The notes below the pieces were generated by a model that made no database searches, was not told where the DNA came from, and worked only from the letters and a program-made list of their open reading frames with translations. DNA of 30,139 nucleotides from Nitrospirota bacterium (GTDB taxonomy: Bacteria; Nitrospirota; UBA9217). This document shows, in pieces, positions 1 to 7,662 of this stretch; the stretch's first letter is position 1, and each line of letters begins with the position of its first letter. The stretch is taken from positions 1-30,139 of the forward strand of contig JAOUEV010000045.1 of NCBI GenBank assembly GCA_029858565.1. The letters run 5' to 3'. Made by a program: the position numbers and the translations under genes.

Positions 1-1
1 C

Positions 2-121
2 TGCGTCAGCATCGGCATGACGCGCCAGGACCCCCGCCAGGAATCTTCGATCGAGGACATCCTGCGCCGCGCCGATGAGAACATGTACGAACAGAAACGG
101 GCCCGCCCCAAGGACCGCTGA
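2..121 (+). CDS. 3' end of a GGDEF-domain (diguanylate cyclase) protein, truncated by the window start
   Basis: Frame 2 reads CVSIGMTRQDPRQESSIEDILRRADENMYEQKRARPKDR*, matching the GGDEF C-terminal pattern SIG...L.RAD..MY..K. TGA at 119-121. Confidence 0.8.
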   Translation, partial: CVSIGMTRQDPRQESSIEDILRRADENMYEQKRARPKDR

Positions 122-160
122 ACCCCACCCCGTTGCCGGAGCCGCTCCGCCGCGGACAGC

Positions 161-1228
161 TCACATCCATTTTTTTCGCCTGAAATAGAGGAACATGCCC
201 CCGCCGACCGCTGCCATGACGGCCCAAACAAGGTAGTAGCCGTATTTCCATTCGAGCTCGGGCATGTGCTTGAAGTTCATGCCGTAGACGCCCGCAAGGA
301 AGGTGAGCGGCATGAAGATGGTGGCAATGATGGTCAGCACTTTCATGATCTCGTTCAACCGGTTGCTGACCGACGACAGGTAGGTCTCGAGCATTTCCGT
401 CATGATCTCCCGGTAGATCTCGACGCTGTCGATGACCTGCGCCAGGTGGTCATACACATCCCGAAGATAGGGCGTCGTGGTTTCCCGGATGAGTGCGGAT
501 TCCCGCCGCTGCAGCCGTGCGATCACCTCGCGCAGCGGCCAGACCGCTTTGTGCACGAACAGCAGCTCCCGCTTCAGGTGGTAGAGCTTCTCCACGATCG
601 CCCGCGAGGGCCTGGCCATCAGCTCGTCCTCGAGCGCGTCGATCCGGTCCCCGAGCTTCTCCAGGATCAGGAAGTAGCCGTCCACGAGCGCGTCGAGCAG
701 CGAATAAGCGAGATAGTCCGCGCCAAGCTTCCGGATCTTCCCGCGCCCGGTCCGGAGCCGGTCCCGGATGAGCTGGAACACATCGCCCTGCACGCCCTCC
801 TGGAACGACAGCAGGAAGCTCTGTCCAACAATGAGGCTTACCTGCTCGGGGACCACCTTTTTCGCTTTCTCGTCGTAGGTCAGCATCTTGAGCACGATGA
901 AGAGGTAATCGCCGAAATCCTCGACCTTGGGCCGCTGCACCACGCTCATGAGGTCCTCGGTCACGAGCTTGTGCAGGCCGAAGCACTCGCCGAGCCGCTC
1001 GATCATTGGCGCTTCATGAACGCCGTCCACGTTGATCCAGGTCGCCGTGGGCTTGGTCCGGTAGGGCACGCACTCGTCCGCGCTCCGGATCGTCCGCTCT
1101 TCGAAGGTCTGCTCGTCGTAATCGATCAGCGTGACATCGACCCTGCCGCCGGGTCTTTCGCCGGTGTACACGAGCGTCTCCGACGGCAGACCCACCTTCT
1201 TGATCCGGCGCTTCGTTATCCTGGTCAT
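161..1228 (-). CDS. corA: Magnesium/cobalt transporter CorA (355 aa)
   Basis: YGMNF and MPEL motifs, QRPKVE, two C-terminal TM helices. Start set at MTRITKRR (1228), 2 nt past the korB stop; the longer ORF start overlaps korB. Confidence 0.95.
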   Translation of the reverse strand: MTRITKRRIKKVGLPSETLVYTGERPGGRVDVTLIDYDEQTFEERTIRSADECVPYRTKPTATWINVDGVHEAPMIERLGECFGLHKLVTEDLMSVVQRPKVEDFGDYLFIVLKMLTYDEKAKKVVPEQVSLIVGQSFLLSFQEGVQGDVFQLIRDRLRTGRGKIRKLGADYLAYSLLDALVDGYFLILEKLGDRIDALEDELMARPSRAIVEKLYHLKRELLFVHKAVWPLREVIARLQRRESALIRETTTPYLRDVYDHLAQVIDSVEIYREIMTEMLETYLSSVSNRLNEIMKVLTIIATIFMPLTFLAGVYGMNFKHMPELEWKYGYYLVWAVMAAVGGGMFLYFRRKKWM

Positions 1229-1230
1229 TC

Positions 1231-2085
1231 CTAAAAGAATTCCTTTAAGGCGGCTTCCATCTTCGGACCGGGGAACACGCCGGCATGCACAAGGGACGTG
1301 CCCGCGAGCATGGGAAGCCGCTCCTCGAACAGCGGCCGCTGCCTCCGGTAGATCACTCCCAGGGGGATCCGGTCGCCCCATTCGAGCGCCTTGCCAAAGG
1401 CCGCTTGCCGGTCCCGGGGATCGTAACCGCTCTCCAGCCGGTAGACGCGCTGCCGGTACCACTCGAAGGTGTTCACCTTGTTGAAGGACACGCAGGGCTG
1501 GAGGATATCGACCAGGGCAAAGCCCTTATGGTCGATCGCCTCCTTCATGATCCCCTTCAGATGTTCCATGTCCCCGGAAAAGGACCGGGCAGCGAAGCTG
1601 CAGTCCATGGCCACCGCCAGCGCCATGGGATTGAACTGCTCCGCTATCACGCCGAGCGGCATGTTCTTGGTCACCATGCCCTCTCCGGTCGTGGGCGACG
1701 GCTGCCCCTTGGTCAGGCCGTAGATCTGGTTGTCGTGCACAAAGAGCTTGATGTTCAGGTTCCGCCGCATCGCCGCCAGCAGATGGTTCCCTCCCTCGCC
1801 GTAACAATCACCGTCACCGGTGGTCACGATCACCGGCATTTCATGGTTCGCGAGCCGGATACCGGTCGCGATCGGCAGCGCGCGTCCGTGCAGCCCGTTG
1901 AACGTGTTTCCGCGGGTGTAGTGGGGGAACTTGGCCGCCTGGCCTATGCCCGAGACCAGCATGAACCGGTGCGGCTCCAGGCCGAGCTCCGCCGCTGCCT
2001 CATTGAACGTCTTGAGGATCGCGAAATTCCCGCATCCTGGGCACCAGGCGGGCTTCTGTCCTTGAAAATCCTGTGCGGTCACCAT
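1231..2085 (-). CDS. korB: 2-oxoacid:ferredoxin oxidoreductase beta subunit (TPP-binding); substrate not determinable
   Basis: WCPGCG, HGRALP, GDGD...NQIYGLTKGQ TPP motif, QPCVSFN. GAGGAG RBS. Confidence 0.93.
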   Translation of the reverse strand: MVTAQDFQGQKPAWCPGCGNFAILKTFNEAAAELGLEPHRFMLVSGIGQAAKFPHYTRGNTFNGLHGRALPIATGIRLANHEMPVIVTTGDGDCYGEGGNHLLAAMRRNLNIKLFVHDNQIYGLTKGQPSPTTGEGMVTKNMPLGVIAEQFNPMALAVAMDCSFAARSFSGDMEHLKGIMKEAIDHKGFALVDILQPCVSFNKVNTFEWYRQRVYRLESGYDPRDRQAAFGKALEWGDRIPLGVIYRRQRPLFEERLPMLAGTSLVHAGVFPGPKMEAALKEFF

Positions 2086-2098
2086 GGGTTGCTCCTCG

Positions 2099-3829
2099 CT
2101 ATATCCGGGATATCTTCATTTTCAGCTCTGCAACAAGATCTTCCACCATGAACGGCCTGCCGTCGTAGCGCAGAACATGGTCGCTGAACTCGAACCCGGT
2201 CTCGGTCCGCATGAGCCGGGCGAACTGGCCCGTGGCGTTCTGCTCCACGCAGAGCGCTAACCGCGCGTTCCCGAGAAATTCCAGGTAATCAAAGCGCTCC
2301 GTCGAAGGAAAGGGATGGATCTCGGAAAAATGGAGCATTGCGATTCCGTAATTTTCGGCAAGCGCGTCCACGGCCTCGCGCACCAGTCCGTAGAGAGAGC
2401 CCCAGCAGACCAGAACAATATCGGGCTTATGATCGCCATAGAGAAACGGCGGGGAGATCTCCTCCCGCATGGCCGGCAGTTTATTGAAGATCCTCTTTTC
2501 GGTCATCCTGATCCGCGTTGCAGCGTCCTCGGTCAGATGGCCGTCCTCATCGTGCTCGTCGCTGTCAGCCACTACAAGATGCGGGCCATCGCCGGGAACC
2601 GCGAGCGGGGTCACGCCGCTTTCCGTATACTGGAAGCGCTGGTAACGGGCAAGCTTCGCAAAGGCCTCGCCCCGGAGACGATAGTCGGTATTCCGGAGCC
2701 GAGCGAGGTCGAATCCCTGATAGGTCCATTGGGAATCGGACAGAGAGGTGTCGAAAAGCACGAACGCCGGCACCTGATACTTCTCTGCAAGATCGAACGC
2801 CTTGTTCGTCAGAAAGAACGCCTGTTCCGGCGATCCCGGCGCGAAGATGAAACGCGGGAACTCTCCGTGGCCCGCGTGCAGCGTCATGTGAAGCTCTCCC
2901 TGCTCGGTGCGGGTCGGCAGTCCCGTTGCCGGCCCCGGGCGCTGACCCAGCGCGATCACGATGGGCGTTTCGGTGATAGCGGCAAGCGACACTCCCTCGA
3001 CCATGAGCGCGAATCCTCCGCCCGACGTGCCGGTCATGGAGCGGGCGCCTGCGAAGGAAGCTCCCACCGCCATGTTGACGGCGGCGATCTCGTCTTCCGC
3101 CTGCTCCACGACAAGGCCGAACTCCTTTTCCTTTGACGCCAGATAGTTCATGATGCCGGTCGACGGGGTCATGGGATAGGCTGCGTAGAACTTGACCCCC
3201 GAGGCCAGCGCGCCGAGCGCGATCGCTTCGGTGCCGCCCACAAGCATGAGGGGATCGGGCGTCCCGCCGGCAGGCACCGCGAAATTGCAGCGCAGGCAGC
3301 TTTTGACCGCGTGATCATATCCCGCGAGCGCCGCGCTCCGGTTCGCCTTGATGACCGGTTCGCCCTTTTTCCTGAATGTCTCGTCGATCAGACCGAGCAG
3401 CACGTCCAGGTCCATGCCGAGCATGCCGAGCACCGCTCCGGTGGCAACGGTGTTCGCCATGATCCTGCTCCCGCCATGCTCCATGGCCAGCTTCGCGAAC
3501 GGGACATCGAGGAACGACGGCTGATCATGCTTCTCCTTGAGCGATTCGGCATCGTAGATGATCTGTCCGCGATCGGTCAGCTCGCGCGCATGCTGTGCGA
3601 TGCTTTCCCGGTCAAGGGCGACAACGATGTCCATTTCCGCCCGGGGCGCCCGCACCGGCCTGTCGGAAAGCCGGATCTGGTAGAAATTGTGTCCTCCCCG
3701 GACGCGGGACTCATAATCCTGGTTCGTGAAAACATGCAGCCCCGTGCGGGCGAACACCCGGCCCAGTGTCTCGCCGATGGTCTGGATCCCCTGACCGGCC
3801 TCTCCGCCGATCTTGATCGAATAGTCCAT
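2099..3829 (-). CDS. korA: 2-oxoacid:ferredoxin oxidoreductase alpha subunit (gamma-alpha fusion type, 576 aa)
   Basis: GGEAGQGI, YESRVRGGHN, YPMTPST, QAEDEIAA, TSGGGF, QRPGPATG. Start at MDYSIKIGG after an AAAGGA RBS. Confidence 0.93.
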   Translation of the reverse strand: MDYSIKIGGEAGQGIQTIGETLGRVFARTGLHVFTNQDYESRVRGGHNFYQIRLSDRPVRAPRAEMDIVVALDRESIAQHARELTDRGQIIYDAESLKEKHDQPSFLDVPFAKLAMEHGGSRIMANTVATGAVLGMLGMDLDVLLGLIDETFRKKGEPVIKANRSAALAGYDHAVKSCLRCNFAVPAGGTPDPLMLVGGTEAIALGALASGVKFYAAYPMTPSTGIMNYLASKEKEFGLVVEQAEDEIAAVNMAVGASFAGARSMTGTSGGGFALMVEGVSLAAITETPIVIALGQRPGPATGLPTRTEQGELHMTLHAGHGEFPRFIFAPGSPEQAFFLTNKAFDLAEKYQVPAFVLFDTSLSDSQWTYQGFDLARLRNTDYRLRGEAFAKLARYQRFQYTESGVTPLAVPGDGPHLVVADSDEHDEDGHLTEDAATRIRMTEKRIFNKLPAMREEISPPFLYGDHKPDIVLVCWGSLYGLVREAVDALAENYGIAMLHFSEIHPFPSTERFDYLEFLGNARLALCVEQNATGQFARLMRTETGFEFSDHVLRYDGRPFMVEDLVAELKMKISRI

Positions 3830-3902
3830 AGTTGTCCTTTCCGGTGAATGAGCGTTCTGGCGGAAGCGCGCACGCGCGGCAGACTCCCACCCCCTGCTGA
3901 GA

Positions 3903-4250
3903 TCAGAGTGCCTCGTCGATCTCACCCAGCGTAAGTTCACCGCTCCCGAGCAGATGCGCAAGCAATGCGAAACCGCCGCAGGATGCCGAGGCCCCGCTGG
4001 TCGCGATATAGTCGCAGTCCGAATCATGGAACGAACAGAGAGCGCAGACCCGCTGTTTCAGCCCCTCCAGCGTCCTTCGCGGGGGGATCGCGATGCGGTC
4101 CGGCCGCTCCTGCGGGATCCGCTTGCCGCTCCGCAGGATGCTGTGCACAACGATGAATCCCTGGCACGCCAGGTCCTCGTTCTTGCCCGGTTTGAAATAG
4201 GAACAATAGTTCAAGCAAAGAGTCGTATCCGCATGGGCCCGCTTTTGCAT
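3903..4250 (-). CDS. Cys-rich hypothetical protein (115 aa), possibly Fe-S or metal binding
   Basis: 7 Cys in two similar modules (LCLNYCSY...ACQGF and VCALCSF..DC...SCGGF). TATACT -10 lies 6 nt before the ATG. Confidence 0.75.
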   Translation of the reverse strand: MQKRAHADTTLCLNYCSYFKPGKNEDLACQGFIVVHSILRSGKRIPQERPDRIAIPPRRTLEGLKQRVCALCSFHDSDCDYIATSGASASCGGFALLAHLLGSGELTLGEIDEAL

Positions 4251-4300
4251 AGGATTAGTATAACAAAAAACGCAGCCACTTCTTGGGCTATAATTACCCT
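4251..4300. promoter_or_regulatory. Divergent, probably leaderless promoters
   Basis: TATAAT (+, 4289-4294) is 6 nt before ATG 4301; TATACT (-, 4257-4262) is 6 nt before ATG 4250. Neither gene has an evident SD. Confidence 0.65.
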
Positions 4301-5449
4301 ATGAGCTATTTTCTTTCCCGCCAGGCCGCGCTCAAGATGCTGGAAAATCCGTCGGTGTACCAGATCGCCCGCGACGAACTGTACGAGCTCGACCAGGAGT
4401 CCTTCCGGTTCCTCGGCGCCTGCGCGATCGGAGACGGTTGCGAACACGCGGACAGCGCCTTTATCGATTATTGCCTTGAAGAGGGCCTGTTGACCCGGGA
4501 CCGGGCCGATATCGCCCGGCCGCTGCTCACACCGTCCCCGGAACCCTCGCTTCGCTACCTGGAACTGCAGATCACCGACCGGTGCAATCTGCGATGCGGG
4601 CACTGCTACCTCGGCGACGGCGGCAACCGGGACATGCCCGTGGCGCTGGTCAGGAAGGTCCTCAGGGAGTTCGAGGAGATGCAGGGCCTCCGCGTTCTGC
4701 TCACCGGCGGCGAGCCGCTGCTGCACAGCAGGTTCGACGAGATCAACGAGATGCTGGCTGATTTTTTCCTGCGGCGCGTGCTCTTTACGAACGGCGTGCT
4801 TATGACGCCGGAGCGTTTGAAGCGGCTCAAGGTGCACGAGCTCCAGGTGAGCATCGACGGGATGCGCTCCGCTCATGACAGGCTGCGGGGACCGGGGAAC
4901 TGGGACCGGTCCATGGAAACGCTCCGGCAGGCGCAGGACGCCGGCTTCGATATATCGGTCTCCACCATGGTCACCTCCCTGAACCTCGGTGATTTCGACG
5001 CCATGGAAAGCCTCTTTCGCTCCCTGGGCGTGCGCGAATGGACCGTTGACGCGCCCTGTCCGTCCGGAAGGCTTCGGGAGAATGCGGACCTGCTCGTCAG
5101 CCCCGAGACCGGCGGAACATTCCTGGGATATGGCTACGGCGGGGGCATGCATGCGCCCGCAGCGGGTTACGGCTGCGGCGTCCATCTAATGGCGGTCTTT
5201 CCCGACGGCAAGGCGGCAAAATGCACCTTCTACGGCGACCGGCCCGTGGGGACCGTTGAGGACGGATTGCGTACCTGCTGGGAACTAGTGCGGCCTGTCA
5301 AACTGGAAGACCTCGAATGTTCCTGTGAATATCGAGATGTCTGCAGGGGCGGCTGCCGGTTCCGGGCGGAACAGGACGGCAACCCCGCGGCACGGGACCC
5401 GTACCGCTGCTCCCTTTATGGCGTCATTGACAGGACCGATGAACCTTGA
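4301..5449 (+). CDS. Radical SAM/SPASM protein with putative N-terminal RRE (PqqD-like) domain; likely peptide maturase (382 aa)
   Basis: CNLRCGHC (CxxxCxxC), TGGEP, FTNG, VSIDG. SPASM-like C-x10-G-x4-C ... CxC-x5-C-x3-C ... C. About 65-aa N-terminal extension (VYQIARDELYELD...FIDYCLEEGLL) resembles an RRE. Confidence 0.92.
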   Translation: MSYFLSRQAALKMLENPSVYQIARDELYELDQESFRFLGACAIGDGCEHADSAFIDYCLEEGLLTRDRADIARPLLTPSPEPSLRYLELQITDRCNLRCGHCYLGDGGNRDMPVALVRKVLREFEEMQGLRVLLTGGEPLLHSRFDEINEMLADFFLRRVLFTNGVLMTPERLKRLKVHELQVSIDGMRSAHDRLRGPGNWDRSMETLRQAQDAGFDISVSTMVTSLNLGDFDAMESLFRSLGVREWTVDAPCPSGRLRENADLLVSPETGGTFLGYGYGGGMHAPAAGYGCGVHLMAVFPDGKAAKCTFYGDRPVGTVEDGLRTCWELVRPVKLEDLECSCEYRDVCRGGCRFRAEQDGNPAARDPYRCSLYGVIDRTDEP

Positions 5450-5455
5450 TATGCT
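5427..5455 (+). promoter_or_regulatory. Sigma70-type promoter for the small peptide gene, overlapping the end of the rSAM gene
   Basis: TTGACA (5427-5432), N17, TATGCT (5450-5455). Extended -10 TG is supplied by the rSAM stop codon TGA. Confidence 0.75.
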
Positions 5456-5484
5456 CTATCTCAGCGATGAAAGGAGGACCTCTC

Positions 5485-5547
5485 ATGTCGATCAAGAAAG
5501 TCTCAAAGACCCCGGCAATGACCTGCAAGTGCAAAAGCTCCTGCTGA
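5485..5547 (+). CDS. 20-aa Cys-rich peptide MSIKKVSKTPAMTCKCKSSC, candidate RiPP precursor
   Basis: AAGGAGG RBS (5471-5477) 7 nt before ATG. Own promoter upstream and terminator downstream. Starts 35 nt after the rSAM/SPASM gene. Below the ORF-track length cutoff. Confidence 0.82.
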   Translation: MSIKKVSKTPAMTCKCKSSC

Positions 5548-5582
5548 TGGCATCTCTCACAGGAGACCCGTGAAAACATACA

Positions 5583-5613
5583 GGCCCGGGAGATTCCTCC
5601 CGGGCCCTTTTTT
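5583..5613 (+). terminator. Rho-independent terminator after the peptide gene
   Basis: GGCCCGGGAG-ATTC-CTCCCGGGCC 10-bp stem followed by C and T6. Confidence 0.88.
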
Positions 5614-5848
5614 GTCCATGCTGTTCCGCGGATCCGCTCACGCCACCTTCCTGCCAAAGACCTCCCGGGCCTCGAAGCTGCCGATGAACTGGTCTACCTT
5701 GATCCCCAGATGGATGCAGCGGATAGTGCTCATGCAGTCATCAGCATCCATCTTGTCAAGGTGAGTATTTCATGGCCGTCCCCTTCCTTCCATGACCGGC
5801 GCGGAAGGTCGGAGAGCAGATCTTCTTCAGGACCCTCTCCGCGTCGGG

Positions 5849-6334
5849 TCAACCTTCGATGACACCCCGCTCTTCCCAGAGGAACCAGTTTCCCGTGTCG
5901 CTGAGGTGGCTGTAGGTGTTGGAAAATATGGCATAGTGCTGCCGCTCCTCTTCGATCAAACGGGCGAACAGCGCTTTTTCCTTGTCAGTCTTGGACTCGG
6001 CGAGCGACCGCTGATAGAATGCCTCCCCCTCCTTTTCCATCTGCATCGCAATCTTGAAGGCCTCCATCTCGTCCTTGCTCGCCTCCACTTTCTTCATCAT
6101 TTCGCCCTTCAGGGACTCGAATACCGTTGCGACCCGCTTCATGGGGCTCACATCCTGCACCGTGATGTTCATCCCGTTTATCAGCTGGGAGATCATCTCC
6201 AGGTGCCTTTTTTCGTCCTCGACAATGGTCTCGAACATCTTTTTGCCGGCGGCATACCGCGTTTTCTTCGCAGCCTCGCTGTAAAAAGCAATGGCGTCCG
6301 TTTCCATTTTCCTGGAGACCTCAAGAGCGTTCAT
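5849..6334 (-). CDS. Rubrerythrin/ferritin-like di-iron protein (161 aa)
   Basis: Duplicated (M)E...FY...ExxH motifs (METDAIAFY...EDEKRH; MEKEGEAFY...EEERQH). AGGAGG RBS before MNALEV. Confidence 0.9.
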   Translation of the reverse strand: MNALEVSRKMETDAIAFYSEAAKKTRYAAGKKMFETIVEDEKRHLEMISQLINGMNITVQDVSPMKRVATVFESLKGEMMKKVEASKDEMEAFKIAMQMEKEGEAFYQRSLAESKTDKEKALFARLIEEERQHYAIFSNTYSHLSDTGNWFLWEERGVIEG

Positions 6335-6397
6335 CGTTCCTCCTTCTTCGTTCAGGGAAGTATTTCCGGCCTGGCCGTGCGGGCCGGATGCTATCAA

Positions 6398-6438
6398 GGA
6401 TAGTAATTATCCGAAATCCTTTGCCTGAGCATATTATA
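6398..6438 (-). promoter_or_regulatory. Promoter (TG-n-TATAAT) and Fur/PerR-like 7-1-7 inverted repeat upstream of the ferritin-like gene
   Basis: GGATAGT-A-ATTATCC at 6398-6412 (one mismatch). Minus-strand TATAAT at 6433-6438. Confidence 0.5.
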
Positions 6439-6528
6439 ACACACCCGGACAGGGCTCGGGAGACCGGATTCCGGACTCCCGTGCGGGACATGCTCCCGTC
6501 GGGTCCGCGGTGATGACTGTTTCGTGCT

Positions 6529-6858
6529 TCAGATCTTCTGGAGAATTGCGAATGAGGCTTTGATAAAACAGACGCCTTCGGGCAGCTTGCAATTACCGGC
6601 CTTTTTCTGCCCGGCCGGCGCAACTGGTCCCCGCAGGCCTGCCAGGCCTTCCCGGGCATCAGCGAGCATGCGCCGGAACGGGGAGGATGCGGCTGCAAGA
6701 GAGTCCGCCTGTTCAGTTTCGAATTTCACCAGTGCTTCGCGCGCGTTGTTCAGCGTATTGTTCCACGCGCTGCATTGGCCGCAGTAGAGATCGGCCTGCT
6801 GGCTTCTAAGAACGCCGAGCAGAAAATGATACCCCCGCACCTGGTTCATGATGTTCAT
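6529..6858 (-). CDS. Hypothetical protein (109 aa) with CxxC and Cx6C, possibly metal binding
   Basis: AGGAGG RBS before MNIMNQ; YCGQC and CKLPEGVC. Confidence 0.7.
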   Translation of the reverse strand: MNIMNQVRGYHFLLGVLRSQQADLYCGQCSAWNNTLNNAREALVKFETEQADSLAAASSPFRRMLADAREGLAGLRGPVAPAGQKKAGNCKLPEGVCFIKASFAILQKI

Positions 6859-6996
6859 TCTGTCCCTCCTTGTCGGGCAAAGAAAAAAATGGACCGGATG
6901 CCAGGATGAACAGCTGAAACCGGCAGATCGTCCTTGCATCCTGACGATCCCCTTCTCCGGTAAGGAGCTTAAGGTGTTCCCGCCCGCTCAGGCATG

Positions 6997-7392
6997 TCAG
7001 TGGTGCGCGCAGCCGCCGCCCGAACCGTGGTCGTGACCGTGGCCGCCGCAGCAGCCCTGCATCGCATACTCGGCAAGCTCTTTTCGTTCAAGAAGACTCA
7101 GGTTCTCATTGATCGTACCCGGAGCCGACCGATAGACCCGGATCCCCGCCTGGCCCAGCCGGCTCAGTGCGCCCGCGCCTATGCCGCCCACGATCACAAC
7201 GTCGATCTTCTGGTTATCCAGCGCCTTCAGCGGATTGCAGGCGCCATGCGCATGGTTCTTATCGCCGTTCTGAATGGTGGTTATCCCTTTTGAGCCTGTG
7301 TCTACCACTATGAATGCCGGCGCGGAGCCGAAATGATTGAACACCACGCTGTCGATCCCCTGGTCCTGCTGCACGGGAAAACAAACTTTCAT
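6997..7392 (-). CDS. NifB/NifX (dinitrogenase FeMo-cofactor) family protein with Cys/His-rich tail
   Basis: HFGSAPAF, VVIVGGIGAGA..L...GIRVY; tail GCCGGHGHDHGSGGGCAHH. Confidence 0.9.
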   Translation of the reverse strand: MKVCFPVQQDQGIDSVVFNHFGSAPAFIVVDTGSKGITTIQNGDKNHAHGACNPLKALDNQKIDVVIVGGIGAGALSRLGQAGIRVYRSAPGTINENLSLLERKELAEYAMQGCCGGHGHDHGSGGGCAHH

Positions 7393-7580
7393 GCCGCTAC
7401 CCCCTCTGATCTCGTTCTTCTGAACATCCGGTCCTCTTCGTTAGCGAAGAAACGCCTGCTGCCCTTATCGGGATATACTACGGCGCGGCGCTGAATTGTC
7501 AAGACGGCATTCCCGTTCCCGCTCCGGCGCAAAACGCTGTTTGGACCGCTGCATATCTTTTGCAACGTGTTCTCGGGACA

Positions 7581-7623
7581 TATGATTTAGCTCATAGCAC
7601 ATCTTCGGCACCGGCGTTATACT
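7581..7623 (+). promoter_or_regulatory. CRP/FNR-family (HcpR-like) box at a class II promoter position
   Basis: TATGA-N6-TCATA at 7581-7596 and -10 TATACT at 7618-7623. This puts the box centre near -41.5. Confidence 0.65.
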
Positions 7624-7662
7624 TCTGTCATCGAAACCAAGCATATATCCAAGGAGGTTCCT

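Noticed and set aside
5545-5613. Selenocysteine read-through of the peptide's TGA (giving ...SSC-U)
   Set aside because: Only a weak TCTC/GAGA stem follows, not a convincing SECIS, and the read-through frame runs through the terminator with no nearby stop.
5638-5773. Minus-strand 37-aa ORF MDADDCMSTIRCIHLG...RKVA (5638-5751), with an SD-preceded out-of-frame MKYSP* just upstream
   Set aside because: No RBS for the in-frame ATG and no recognisable motif. It could be a frameshifted remnant, but I cannot support that.
5794-5850. Long imperfect hairpin after the ferritin-like gene as a possible ncRNA or riboswitch
   Set aside because: No recognisable family motif and no U-tract. More likely a 3' stabilising stem or chance pairing in GC-rich DNA.
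6997-7392. Nitrogen fixation inferred from the NifX-like gene
   Set aside because: The family is widespread in non-diazotrophs and no nif structural genes are present.
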